This document shows positions 46,950 through 56,511 of a stretch of 64,000 nucleotides of DNA, one piece after another. This stretch comes from Spirochaetota bacterium. GTDB taxonomy: Bacteria > Spirochaetota > UBA4802 > JAGODF01. The notes beneath the pieces are model-generated. The model was not told the origin of the DNA, did not search any database, and worked only from the letters and a program-made list of their open reading frames with translations. Each line of letters begins with the position of its first letter. Positions within the stretch are counted from its first letter, which is position 1. The stretch is from assembly GCA_035380905.1 (NCBI GenBank), contig DAOSYC010000001.1, positions 30,207 to 94,206 of the forward strand, given 5' to 3'. A program made the translations under genes and the position numbers.

Positions 46950-48569
46950 GTGAAAAAAAGTGATCTGTTACAGTGGATACTTTCCTTTGGAACATTCCTT
47001 ACCGGATATACTATTACCTTTCATTCACCATGTGCATCAGGGTCAATTGGTGTATTTATTATTTTTGCTGCTTCAGCGCTTCTGTTTTCACCAATATTAA
47101 ACAGCTATATTCCTGGAATTAAAAGAAGTTCAACTGGTGTGACTCTTCAGATAACAGCGGGAGTTCTTTCCTTCATACTTGCGTTATTTATAACCTATCC
47201 CCACTGCAGAGGAATACATATTCCATTAATACAGGAAAATGCAAGAATTTCCTACTATGAACAGGGCGGTTCCGGAGGATATGGTAATAATGCAGGAATT
47301 GAAGACCGTGCGGGAGTTATTGAGGAGGACAATGAAGCAGGCGAAAGTACGGGAGTTGAATCATCACAGATTGAAACGGTGAGAGATGATGAAGTGTCAT
47401 CCGAAAGAACAGCTGCAGAAGAAGGAACAGGTCGAAGCAGTGAACCAGTATCAGGACGTACCATGGAGAGGACATCCTCAGGGTCTTCAGTATTGGAAAG
47501 GATTGCATATAATGGGGATGCCGCACGGACTGTTGGAGGAAGAAATATATCATCCAATATAACAAAAGAAGTCGCCGGGACTGGAGCCGGGTCAACAGGT
47601 ACGGCATTGAATAAAGGAACAGCAGCACATGATATGAAACAAGCTTCCGGACGGGAATATGCAGTTTCCGCACAACAAAGGACTAACGCGGGTTCCGTAA
47701 GAACAGATCTGAAAAAAGAAACCAGAGAGTTGCCGAACGGCAGCCGGTATTCCGGAACTACATTTCGAAGTGCACCGGAAGGTTCCGGTGTGATGAAATG
47801 GCCTGACGGCAGTACATATTCAGGTGAGTGGAAAAATGGAAAAAGAAATGGTACCGGAACAATGAAATGGTCAGGTATCAGCAGTCAACGGGTAACGGGT
47901 GATGGCGGCACAATGCCTTTGATGAGTCTGTGGGGTTATGACCGCCGGGGAGATGCGGCATCTGCCGTTGTCGCATATTCCGGAACCTGGAAAGATGATA
48001 AGCCTTTCAGAAAGGGGGCATTCCGCTGGAGCAACAACGATTATTACCGGGGTTCATTTTCTAATGCACAGCGTCATGGATATGGCGTGTATCACTATAG
48101 TCACGGAACGGAATACCGCGGACAGTGGCGAAATAATAAGGCACACGGACAAGGGTCAATTGCGTGGAAAAATGGTGACAGGTATTCAGGTGGATGGAGC
48201 AATGACCGGAGAGAGGGAACGGGAACCTATATATGGAGTCGTGGTATACGCTACAACGGTTCCTGGCATAACGATATGATGCATGGAACAGGTGTTATTA
48301 CATGGAAAAACGGCAACAGGTATGCAGGCCAGTGGAAGAATAACCATCGGGAAGGAAAAGGTGTATATACCTGGAAAAAAGGTGATAGATATGAAGGCGT
48401 ATTCGTGGACGATAAACGGAACGGTTCAGGGGTTTATGTCTGGGCTGATGGTAGAGAGTATACGGGGCAGTGGAAAAACGGCCTCATGGAAGGTTCGGGA
48501 CAATTAAAATATCCTGACGGGAAAGTACTTCAGGGAACATTCAGAAATAATAATTATATCGGGAAATAG
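46950..48569 (+). CDS. Membrane-anchored MORN-repeat protein
   Basis: GTG start with RBS AGGAG. N-terminal hydrophobic helices, then a Ser/Gly/Glu/Thr-rich linker, then about 10 MORN repeats (YSGEWKNGKRNGTGTMKW, YRGQWRNNKAHGQGSIAW, YSGGWSNDRREGTGTYIW, YAGQWKNNHREGKGVYTW, YTGQWKNGLMEGSGQLKY ...). Confidence 0.75.
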   Translation: MKKSDLLQWILSFGTFLTGYTITFHSPCASGSIGVFIIFAASALLFSPILNSYIPGIKRSSTGVTLQITAGVLSFILALFITYPHCRGIHIPLIQENARISYYEQGGSGGYGNNAGIEDRAGVIEEDNEAGESTGVESSQIETVRDDEVSSERTAAEEGTGRSSEPVSGRTMERTSSGSSVLERIAYNGDAARTVGGRNISSNITKEVAGTGAGSTGTALNKGTAAHDMKQASGREYAVSAQQRTNAGSVRTDLKKETRELPNGSRYSGTTFRSAPEGSGVMKWPDGSTYSGEWKNGKRNGTGTMKWSGISSQRVTGDGGTMPLMSLWGYDRRGDAASAVVAYSGTWKDDKPFRKGAFRWSNNDYYRGSFSNAQRHGYGVYHYSHGTEYRGQWRNNKAHGQGSIAWKNGDRYSGGWSNDRREGTGTYIWSRGIRYNGSWHNDMMHGTGVITWKNGNRYAGQWKNNHREGKGVYTWKKGDRYEGVFVDDKRNGSGVYVWADGREYTGQWKNGLMEGSGQLKYPDGKVLQGTFRNNNYIGK

Positions 48570-48615
48570 AAGGGTCATATTGTAAGAGCGGAAAAAGAAT
48601 ATGGTCTGAAACGTG

Positions 48616-49890
48616 TTACGCGGTATAGACAATTTTTCCCTTACAGATAGTGCAGAGGACCTTTCCGTAGAGTTCTTTCCCGATGAAGGGTGTATTCTTA
48701 CATTTTGAAATAAGAAAGCTGTTATCAATGAGGATTTTTTCATCAGGATTGATAATGGTTATATCTGCAGGTTTTCCTTCTTTTATTTCCCCTCTGTCCA
48801 GTTTCATTATTCTTGATGGATTAGAAGTTACTTTTGCAAATGCTTCAATATAGGAAAAACCATTGTTTCTCACCAGTTCGGTAATAATAAGGGGAACCGC
48901 TGTTTCAAGTCCGATTATTCCGAATGGAGCATATTCAATTTCCTGCATTTTATCATATTCAAGGTGCGGTGCGTGGTCTGTAGCAATTACGTCAATTGTG
49001 CCGTTTTTAAGACCTTCAATTATTTTCAGCCTGTCCTCCTCCGTGCGAAGGGGAGGATTCATTTTTGCCATTGAAAGATGTTCTTCAACAGCATCATCTG
49101 TGAGTGAAAAATAATGGGGTGCTGTTTCGCAGGTTACGTGTATGCCTGCGTTTTTTGCCTGAGCAATTATATCGACGGAACCGCCTGATGATACATGTGC
49201 AATGTGCAGTTTTCCTTTTGTGAGACGGGCGAGAACAATGTCACGGTATATCATTATCTCTTCCGCTTCCCGGGGGATACCCTTGAGACCGAGAAGGATA
49301 GATTTTTTACCTTCATTCATTATTCCGTCATCAGAAAGAACTGAATCCTCCGCGTGGGATATCATCGGCACATCAAAAAGCCTTCCGTATTCAAGGGCCC
49401 TGCGCATAAGCACAGAACTCATTACCGGCAGGCCGTCGTCGGAAAAACCAACAGCACCGCCTTGAACAAGCTCTCCCATTTCGGAAATTTCTTCACCTTT
49501 TGCACCTTTGGATATCGTGGCGATTGGAAAAACATTTATGGGGCCCCTTTCGGCTTCAAGTTTTATAAAGCGCACAAGGGCCTGATTGTCAATTACCGGT
49601 GACGTGTTGGGCATGGTGCATACAGAGGTGAAACCGCTTTTCGCCGCTACGATTGAACCCCCAAGAATTGTTTCCTTGTCCTCCCTGCCGGGTTCGCGGA
49701 AATGAACATGAATGTCAATGAGTCCCGGTAGAACCAGAGAACCGGCTGCATCAATTACCTCGACATCTGCTGATGGCGGTATCTCAGAAGCTATGGTTGA
49801 TATTATTCCATTCTCAACAAGAATGTCTTTCCTGTCATCAGTGCCGGATGCGGGATCAATCATTCTTCCGTTTTTTATAAGAATTTTCAT
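48616..49890 (-). CDS. pyrC: Dihydroorotase
   Basis: MKILIKNGRMIDPASG...LVLPGLIDIHVHFREPG is the metal-binding signature of cyclic amidohydrolases. Length 424 aa. Confidence 0.9.
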   Translation of the reverse strand: MKILIKNGRMIDPASGTDDRKDILVENGIISTIASEIPPSADVEVIDAAGSLVLPGLIDIHVHFREPGREDKETILGGSIVAAKSGFTSVCTMPNTSPVIDNQALVRFIKLEAERGPINVFPIATISKGAKGEEISEMGELVQGGAVGFSDDGLPVMSSVLMRRALEYGRLFDVPMISHAEDSVLSDDGIMNEGKKSILLGLKGIPREAEEIMIYRDIVLARLTKGKLHIAHVSSGGSVDIIAQAKNAGIHVTCETAPHYFSLTDDAVEEHLSMAKMNPPLRTEEDRLKIIEGLKNGTIDVIATDHAPHLEYDKMQEIEYAPFGIIGLETAVPLIITELVRNNGFSYIEAFAKVTSNPSRIMKLDRGEIKEGKPADITIINPDEKILIDNSFLISKCKNTPFIGKELYGKVLCTICKGKIVYTA

Positions 49891-49902
49891 TATATGCGTT
49901 AC

Positions 49903-50850
49903 CTAATCGTCAATTCCTTCAAGAGATGCTCCCCCCGCGAGGAGATAAAAAATAGACATTCGTACCGCGACACCGTTTGTAACCTGCTCAAGAATTACAG
50001 AGTTTTCACAGTCTGCAACGTAATCGTCAATTTCAACCCCACGGTTTATAGGGCCGGGATGCATAATGATGATATCGCTTTTACACTGCTTTTTCATGCG
50101 TTCACGTGTCAGAGAGAAGAGCCGGTGATATTCCCTGATTGAAGGAAAGTGTGACCCTTTCTGCCGTTCACGCTGTATGCGCAGCATCTGTACCGCGTCC
50201 AGCCTGGGAAGCAGTTCGTCAAAATCATAATATATATCAACATCATATACACTGAAGTCATCTGGAATGAGTGTCGGTGGACCGCACAGTGAAACTTTTG
50301 CACCAAGTTTTTTAAATACTTCAATATCAGAGCGGGCCACACGTGAATGCTTAATATCACCAACTATTCCTATATGCATACCCTCAAGGCTGCCGCGTTT
50401 TTCAAGGAGTGTATAGGCGTCAAGAAGTGCCTGTGTGGGATGGGCGTGATAGCCGTCTCCCGCGTTTATTACTGATGCTTCAATATTTTTTGACAGGAAA
50501 TGCGGCGACATTGAAACACCGTGACGCATGACAATGTAATCTGCTTTCATTGCCTCGAATGTGTGTACCGTATCGATAAGAGACTCACCCTTTACAACGC
50601 TTGATGTCGCAACAGAAACATTGATAAGGTTTGCTGAAAGCTGTTTCGCGGCAAGTTCAAAACTTACACGGGTCCTTGTGGAAGGTTCATAAAAAAGGGA
50701 TAAAACTGTTTTGCCCCTGAGAATAGGGACAGTCTTGATTGTTCTGGTAAACAGGTCCTTGAAATACTGCGCTGATTCACAGATAAGTTTTATTTCTTCA
50801 ACGTCAAGGGACTGAATATCCAGAAGGTCTTTTCGCTTTAATTCATTCAT
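49903..50850 (-). CDS. pyrB: Aspartate carbamoyltransferase catalytic subunit
   Basis: FYEPSTRTRVSFELAAKQL carbamoyl-phosphate-binding STRTR motif, plus HPTQALLD and HPGPINRGVEI. Confidence 0.9.
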   Translation of the reverse strand: MNELKRKDLLDIQSLDVEEIKLICESAQYFKDLFTRTIKTVPILRGKTVLSLFYEPSTRTRVSFELAAKQLSANLINVSVATSSVVKGESLIDTVHTFEAMKADYIVMRHGVSMSPHFLSKNIEASVINAGDGYHAHPTQALLDAYTLLEKRGSLEGMHIGIVGDIKHSRVARSDIEVFKKLGAKVSLCGPPTLIPDDFSVYDVDIYYDFDELLPRLDAVQMLRIQRERQKGSHFPSIREYHRLFSLTRERMKKQCKSDIIIMHPGPINRGVEIDDYVADCENSVILEQVTNGVAVRMSIFYLLAGGASLEGIDD

Positions 50851-50892
50851 CTTAAATTGGAGTTAATAAAGGCGATTTGCCTGTTTGTCAAA

Positions 50893-50937
50893 TCAAATAT
50901 TTGATTGAACAGGTTTTTTTTACAAATAGATTCTGTT
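50893..50937 (+). terminator. Inverted repeat plus T8 run in the pyrB 5' region. As read on the plus strand it is a terminator-like hairpin (cctgtttgtcaaatcaaat / atttgattgaacagg then tttttttt).
   Basis: Read directly from the sequence. On the minus strand, which is the pyrB mRNA sense, the A-run precedes the hairpin, so it is not a terminator for pyrB. It could instead insulate against antisense read-through or be a regulatory leader structure. Confidence 0.35.
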
Positions 50938-50996
50938 TGTTGTACTATATCCGGGACAACGGTATGCGTGTCGTACCGGGAGTGCAGACATCAGCC

Positions 50997-52001
50997 TTAT
51001 TTTTCCCTGCGGGCTTCGATAATAAGCATTACTGCAACGATCAATGATCCCGCAACAAAGGCGGCAACAGTCAGTATTTCATTCGCAGAAAATTGCGCGG
51101 GGATCATATTGGAAAGGTATACTGTTTCATCTCCAACGAGGGCAGTTGTTTTAAAGGGCCATATCATCCATAATGATCCAATTACAAGACCTACAAGAAA
51201 TCCCATTGTCTGATCGTACCATTTTTTAAGAAGAAAATCGAGAAGCCTCGTGAAAAGAAGAATACCCACAATACATCCAAGGGCGAATGCTCCGAGAACA
51301 GGTATGTTTCGTGTAGTAATGGCTTCAAGTATTTCAAAATATCCTCCTAAAAGGAGGAGCAGGAATGAACCGCTCACACCGGGGAGGATCATTGCTGATA
51401 TGCTGACAGCTCCAAGGAAAAAAAGATAGAGATACTTTAAAACTTTTACTCTTTGATTGGAGACCGCTGGCTGTGCGATGGAACTTTGAGATGTCTTCAA
51501 CGTGAGTTCGTGTTTCTTTTGAGCCTTGTGAAGCATCGTATCCCCGGAGACTGCGTATGATATTGCAAATACTGAGGAAATGGCAATAATAACAGCCAGA
51601 AATACAGGAACCGTTTTTTTCTTAATGAGCTGAAACGGCGCGATAACTGAAAGGAGAACAAGACCGAAGAAAAATCCATACGTCGGGTCATGCTGATGTT
51701 TCAGAAGATATGTCATAAGCTTTGCAAGGGCGATAATTGCTGAAAGCGCACCGGTTCCGAGAATCAGGAGAAACAATGCATCAATCCGTTTCATTTCAGT
51801 CTTGAATGATTCGAAGCTTTCTTTTTTAAAAAGGAACAGTCTCAGTGTTGATACAATTGTTTCAGAAGAAATATTATGGATTGCGTCAATGAGACGTTCA
51901 TATATTCCAAGAACCAGGGCCATGGTACCGCCGGAAACTCCCGGAATAATGTTTGCAATGCCGATAACAGCACCCTTAAAAAGATCCTTTATTGCGTTCA
52001 T
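50997..52001 (-). CDS. DUF368-family integral membrane protein
   Basis: The IIPGVSGGTMALVLG and MILPGVSGSFLLLLLGGY motifs are each repeated in one half, which is the internal duplication typical of DUF368. Confidence 0.75.
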   Translation of the reverse strand: MNAIKDLFKGAVIGIANIIPGVSGGTMALVLGIYERLIDAIHNISSETIVSTLRLFLFKKESFESFKTEMKRIDALFLLILGTGALSAIIALAKLMTYLLKHQHDPTYGFFFGLVLLSVIAPFQLIKKKTVPVFLAVIIAISSVFAISYAVSGDTMLHKAQKKHELTLKTSQSSIAQPAVSNQRVKVLKYLYLFFLGAVSISAMILPGVSGSFLLLLLGGYFEILEAITTRNIPVLGAFALGCIVGILLFTRLLDFLLKKWYDQTMGFLVGLVIGSLWMIWPFKTTALVGDETVYLSNMIPAQFSANEILTVAAFVAGSLIVAVMLIIEARREK

Positions 52002-52096
52002 ATGTACCTCTTAGAAATATAGAAAACACTACAGAGGGGGATAATTACCGGCATGTCAACATCATTATAATGTGATGCAATAGAATATAGTGAAAA

Positions 52097-53290
52097 TCAA
52101 TGCATGTCGTAAAGCTTGCTTTTTCCCTGCATGAGAAACCGGATGCCGTCATCAAGGCCTTCAAGAGTCAGCTCGAACATGGGAAAAATACTCCGTATCA
52201 GCCGAATTGAATGAACATAATTCCATGATCGCATGGGAAGCGGATTCAGCCAGATTGAGTCTTTGAACTTGTCCCGTATGCGCTGAAGCCAGACCTGACC
52301 AGGAATATCATTGTAATACCAGTAATCAATGGCGCCGTTGACCCATGTAAGTTCCGAAGGAGCCATTTCTCCATCTCCCACAATAATTACTTTATAATCG
52401 TCATCTTCATTTTTCAGTAATTCTGCGGTGGAAATTGATGAGTTCCTTTCCATGTCGGTCCAGAGGTCCTGATATATACAGTTGTGGAAATGATAATGCT
52501 TGAACCTGCTTATTTGTGAGGAAGACGCAGAAAAAAGGCGCTCCACGAGGGTGGAATAGGGGTCCATAGATCCCCCGCTGTCCATAAGGAGAATAACCTT
52601 TGACGCTTTCTTTTCTTTGGTTTCCCACACAAATTCTATTTCACCGGCATTCTTACATGTTGCATCGATGGTTCGGTCAAGGTTCAATTTTTCTTCAGGG
52701 GATATAGGCAGCAGTGACCGAAGGTGGGAAAGGGCTACCCGCATCTGCCGGGTGTCCAGGGTAATATCGCTTGAGTAATTGCGGAAAGAGCGCTTTTCAG
52801 CGATCTGAACGGCCCTCTTGTGCCGTGATACACCCTGTCCTATCCGCACCCCTGCCGGATTATAACCCCAGGCGCCCTGAGTAGAACGCCCTCCGGTACC
52901 TATAGCTTTATTGCCGCCGACATGGCCTTTGTAATGACCCTCCCGCAGCTGTTGTTCAAAGTTCCTGAGCACTTCATCGAGGTCAAGCTGCTGAATCTGT
53001 TTTTTCTCTTCTTCCGTGAGTTTCAGTTCTTTTACCTTCTTGAGGCCCTCAAGGATTTTATCCAGCATTTCATCTGTGGTTTCTACATCCTTGAAGGTAT
53101 CGAGAAAGGCGATATCGTACCTGTCGTAGTGAATTTCGTTTTTCACAAGAATCGACCGGGCAATATGATAGAACCGGGTAAGGCTGCAGTCGTTGAGGTT
53201 CTGCGCAAGAGCATGGTGGAGGGTAATCCACTCATGAAGCGAAACCGGAACCCCTGCAGCTTTAAGATTGAAGAAGAAATTAATAAACAT
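52097..53290 (-). CDS. VWA-domain protein of the CoxE-like family (partner of MoxR ATPases)
   Basis: GHVGGNKAIGTGGRSTQGAWGYNPAGVRIGQG is the CoxE-family signature. The VWA-like C-terminus (KVILLMDSGGSMDPY, VIIVGDGEMAPSEL) has a MIDAS-like DSGGS. It overlaps the upstream MoxR gene by 11 nt. Confidence 0.7.
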   Translation of the reverse strand: MFINFFFNLKAAGVPVSLHEWITLHHALAQNLNDCSLTRFYHIARSILVKNEIHYDRYDIAFLDTFKDVETTDEMLDKILEGLKKVKELKLTEEEKKQIQQLDLDEVLRNFEQQLREGHYKGHVGGNKAIGTGGRSTQGAWGYNPAGVRIGQGVSRHKRAVQIAEKRSFRNYSSDITLDTRQMRVALSHLRSLLPISPEEKLNLDRTIDATCKNAGEIEFVWETKEKKASKVILLMDSGGSMDPYSTLVERLFSASSSQISRFKHYHFHNCIYQDLWTDMERNSSISTAELLKNEDDDYKVIIVGDGEMAPSELTWVNGAIDYWYYNDIPGQVWLQRIRDKFKDSIWLNPLPMRSWNYVHSIRLIRSIFPMFELTLEGLDDGIRFLMQGKSKLYDMH

Positions 53291-54134
53291 TTCTTGTCCT
53301 CATGCTGGAATTGTAGGCATAGTGATTTTTCCCGGCGTTCGCAACAAGTTCGACATCTTCCTGTTTTTTAAGAAGTGTTCCGAGAAACGGCATTTCTTTT
53401 TCGATATTTTTTGCAGGTATTCCCCCTATGGTGAGGGCCTGGATCCAGTCAATAAGCTCACTTGTTGAGGGCTTTTTCCTGAGCATGTCAAATTCACGTA
53501 TCCAGTAGAATTTTTTCATGCATTCCTTCACAAGCTTTTTGTCGATATCGGGGAAATGGACCTTCACAATATCTTCCATCAGTGCCTCAGCGGGGAAATC
53601 AATATAGTGAAATACGCACCGGCGGAGAAACGGATCGGGAAGTTCCTTTTCGCTGTTTGATGTAATAATCACGATTGGCCTGTTTATTGCCTTGATCAGC
53701 TCGCTGGTTTCAGGAATGTAGAAACTCATTTCATCGAGCTCGTTCAGGAGGTCATTTGGGAATTCGATATCAGCCTTGTCGATTTCGTCAATAAGAAGAA
53801 TAGCCTGTTCCGGTGCACTGAAAGCAACACCGAGTTTACCGAGGTTGATATACTGTTTAATGTCGGAAACGTCCCTGTCACCGAAACGGGAATCATTAAG
53901 GCGCTGAACGGTATCGTACACATAGAGACCTTCACGGGCCTTTGTTGTTGATTTGATATTCCAGATAATCAGTTCTTTCCCGAGGCTCTTTGCAATAGAA
54001 TGCGCCAGAAGAGTTTTTCCTGTACCAGGCTCACCCTTAATGAGGAGCGGACGACCGAGAGCTATTGATACATTGACACTGTCCTTTAATTCAGGAGAGA
54101 GGACATAGTCCTCGGTTCCCTTAAAATAATTCAT
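53280..54134 (-). CDS. MoxR-family AAA+ ATPase (CoxD-like short form)
   Basis: Walker A (LLIKGEPGTGKTLLAHSIA), Walker B (ILLIDEIDKAD), sensor/Arg finger (IVIITSNSEKELPDPFLRRC). Length 284 aa. Confidence 0.85.
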   Translation of the reverse strand: MNYFKGTEDYVLSPELKDSVNVSIALGRPLLIKGEPGTGKTLLAHSIAKSLGKELIIWNIKSTTKAREGLYVYDTVQRLNDSRFGDRDVSDIKQYINLGKLGVAFSAPEQAILLIDEIDKADIEFPNDLLNELDEMSFYIPETSELIKAINRPIVIITSNSEKELPDPFLRRCVFHYIDFPAEALMEDIVKVHFPDIDKKLVKECMKKFYWIREFDMLRKKPSTSELIDWIQALTIGGIPAKNIEKEMPFLGTLLKKQEDVELVANAGKNHYAYNSSMRTRNVY

Positions 54135-54138
54135 GAAA

Positions 54139-54933
54139 TTAACCCTTTTCTTTTATTGTGATAATATCCAGGTCCTGGGGGAAAATCACCCGTTCAGAGA
54201 AATCGCCAAGGATCTCCCTGTTTTTTTTAACCTGAAATTCATACGTAGACCCGGAGGGAATATACATGTGATTAATATATACCGTCCCGGGAAATATTCC
54301 TAATTTAATTAGTTTTGCAAAATCACTGGAGGAGAGATGACCGGGATAGCTTGCGTAATCAGATATACTCCACTCAATAATTGCAGAATCTGCTTTTTTA
54401 ATAAGCTCAATAAGATTGTCGCAGTATCCCGTATCACCGGTATAGGCCAGACATTTGCCGCTAAAATCGAAAAGATATCCTGTTGAAAACTCCCCGTGTT
54501 CCAGATGATGAGACGTTGCGGTAAAGAATGAACCGCTGAAGGTTTCACCGTGGGAAAGTTCTATAAGCTGTATTTCAAAGGGGAGCGGATAATCACCCAT
54601 AAATGGCAGGAGACGTTCGTTGTAGAAATTCCGGAGCCCGTGGGGTCCCGCTATGATAAGGGGGTTTTCCCTCCGCCCTGTGCTGTCCCACATTTCGCCC
54701 CACAGTAAATCCGGCAGACCGGAGATATGGTCAACATGAAAGTGGGAGATAAAAATTGTTGAGATATTCTTGTAGTTGAACGCGGGACTTTCAAGCCGCG
54801 AAAGCTGATGATACGCTCCGCCCCCCGCGTCAAGGAGCACTACCTCACTTCCGTTGGAAAGAGCGAAGGAAGCAGGGTTTCTCCCTGATGAATTACAGGT
54901 TCCTGTTCCTAAAAATGCAAGTTCAATATTCAT
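54139..54933 (-). CDS. Metallo-beta-lactamase-fold hydrolase
   Basis: HxHxDH motif (FISHFHVDHISGL) plus downstream His/Asp ligands (TGDTGYCD, INHMY). Its stop is 5 nt before the MoxR start, so it is the first gene of a three-gene operon. Confidence 0.8.
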   Translation of the reverse strand: MNIELAFLGTGTCNSSGRNPASFALSNGSEVVLLDAGGGAYHQLSRLESPAFNYKNISTIFISHFHVDHISGLPDLLWGEMWDSTGRRENPLIIAGPHGLRNFYNERLLPFMGDYPLPFEIQLIELSHGETFSGSFFTATSHHLEHGEFSTGYLFDFSGKCLAYTGDTGYCDNLIELIKKADSAIIEWSISDYASYPGHLSSSDFAKLIKLGIFPGTVYINHMYIPSGSTYEFQVKKNREILGDFSERVIFPQDLDIITIKEKG

Positions 54934-55113
54934 GGTAACTGTTTATCAGCAAAATAAAGAATCATAATACATACTGCTGGTATTCTTTTTATTGCTGAAA
55001 TCCTGTAAATTATTTTTTTATCTAAAATAATAATCCGGAAGATGTCCCGCGGTTAATGTGGTATATAGAAGTATCTTTATAGCAGATTACAGATACTCTG
55101 TCAAGATTTATGA

Positions 55114-55141
55114 TGAAAAAACCCCGCATAACGCGGGGTTT
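55114..55141 (-). terminator. Rho-independent terminator for the FecR-domain lipoprotein gene
   Basis: The minus strand reads aaaccccgcgttatgcggggttttttcatc, a hairpin plus a U-run. Confidence 0.75.
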
Positions 55142-55196
55142 AATTATAACGGAAGTTATGTGTTTTTATATACAGAGTCAGGATTTACTACAGATT

Positions 55197-56171
55197 TTAC
55201 TGATTCTGTTGTAAAGGATTTTGTACTGTGGGACGTTTCCGAAGCGCATCAATCTGGCTTTTCGCTCCCTGCTTGACTGAATCACTGCTGGCGGCGTCTT
55301 TTGCCTGATTCATCATTGACTGCGCTGCTTCGGTCGATTCTTTTTGCCGTGCCGTTGTGTCTCCTTTGACCGCGTCAATATTGGCTCTGTCCCGGGCCTT
55401 CTGGTCTTCAACCCGCTGCCGGTCACCTTCTCTCTGATTTTCAACCATTGTACGGTCCCTTTGGCGCTGGTCTTCAACATATTTTCGCATCTCTTCTTTC
55501 TGCTGCAGATATTTACGGCGGATATCCTCACGGAGTTCAGTTATCCGGAGTTTAATATTCAGCATATTCATTCGGTCCTGACTTATCTGCTTTTTGACCA
55601 TATCCTCGCCTCTGACAACATCAACTTCTTCTCTGTCAGCAATGATAACAGCATCGGCATCAGGATTTGTATTGTTCTGGCATTCGACTTTTCCTTCAAG
55701 ACAGGCAACATTTGCTTTTCCGTCTTTTTCTTCAACAAGAAAGTCCGTTCCCCTTACACCGGCAGTGGCGGTTGGAGATTTTATGCGGTAATCATCATTT
55801 TTAGACAGCTTTTTTACACTGGAAAAAAGGGCTCCGTTGTTAACGAAAAGAACTGTCTGTTCTGAATTTTTTGTTATATTCATTACCAGGGTTTTCACTT
55901 CAACCGAGGTATTCCCCAGAATCTTTATGGCGTTCTCACCAAAATAAACATCTGCAACTGATTTGTCGCCTGAAGTGATTACCGACATTCCCTCTGTAAT
56001 TGAATCGCCGATTTTCGCGTCAGCTTTCGCACCCTGGGCATTGACAATTTTTACGTTTCCAGTTACGAAGTTAATGAGACCCTGCCGGGCAACAGTCCTG
56101 TCCTCCTTTTTGCAGTTAAAGGAAACGGCAATAAAAAATAATATTACTACAGCACATATATTGCGTTTCAT
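55197..56171 (-). CDS. FecR-domain lipoprotein with a charged coiled-coil C-terminus
   Basis: Lipobox (AVSFNC). The FecR-like beta region is NFVTGNVKIVNAQGAKADAKIGDSITEGMSVITSGD...ATAGVRGTDFLV. The C-terminal 120 aa are R/Q/E/D-rich helical repeats (EDQRQRDRTMVENQREGDRQRVEDQKARDR). Confidence 0.65.
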   Translation of the reverse strand: MKRNICAVVILFFIAVSFNCKKEDRTVARQGLINFVTGNVKIVNAQGAKADAKIGDSITEGMSVITSGDKSVADVYFGENAIKILGNTSVEVKTLVMNITKNSEQTVLFVNNGALFSSVKKLSKNDDYRIKSPTATAGVRGTDFLVEEKDGKANVACLEGKVECQNNTNPDADAVIIADREEVDVVRGEDMVKKQISQDRMNMLNIKLRITELREDIRRKYLQQKEEMRKYVEDQRQRDRTMVENQREGDRQRVEDQKARDRANIDAVKGDTTARQKESTEAAQSMMNQAKDAASSDSVKQGAKSQIDALRKRPTVQNPLQQNQ

Positions 56172-56511
56172 TACTTCCTCCTGATATAGTACAGCAATTT
56201 ACCATTTATACGCTACAATAGTAACAAAAACCTGCAACGTCAAGCACTATTTGATGTCCAATATTCTAATGGAATCACTAATTGGGGGTTGTGGAGCGTA
56301 AGCAAAAATGGTGTATAGCGTTTGTGTCAATAATACTACGAAAAACAACATGTAAATAACTGCAAAATTTTTTTGATATATTTTATGTTTTAATGAAATA
56401 TTCTTGCATGTTTCGTGAAGTTTTGTAATAATATAAAACTCGTCTTCTATGATAATCTGATAAATATATAATGATTTCCTTTCGCATCATCTTACTAATG
56501 GAGACCGGCAC

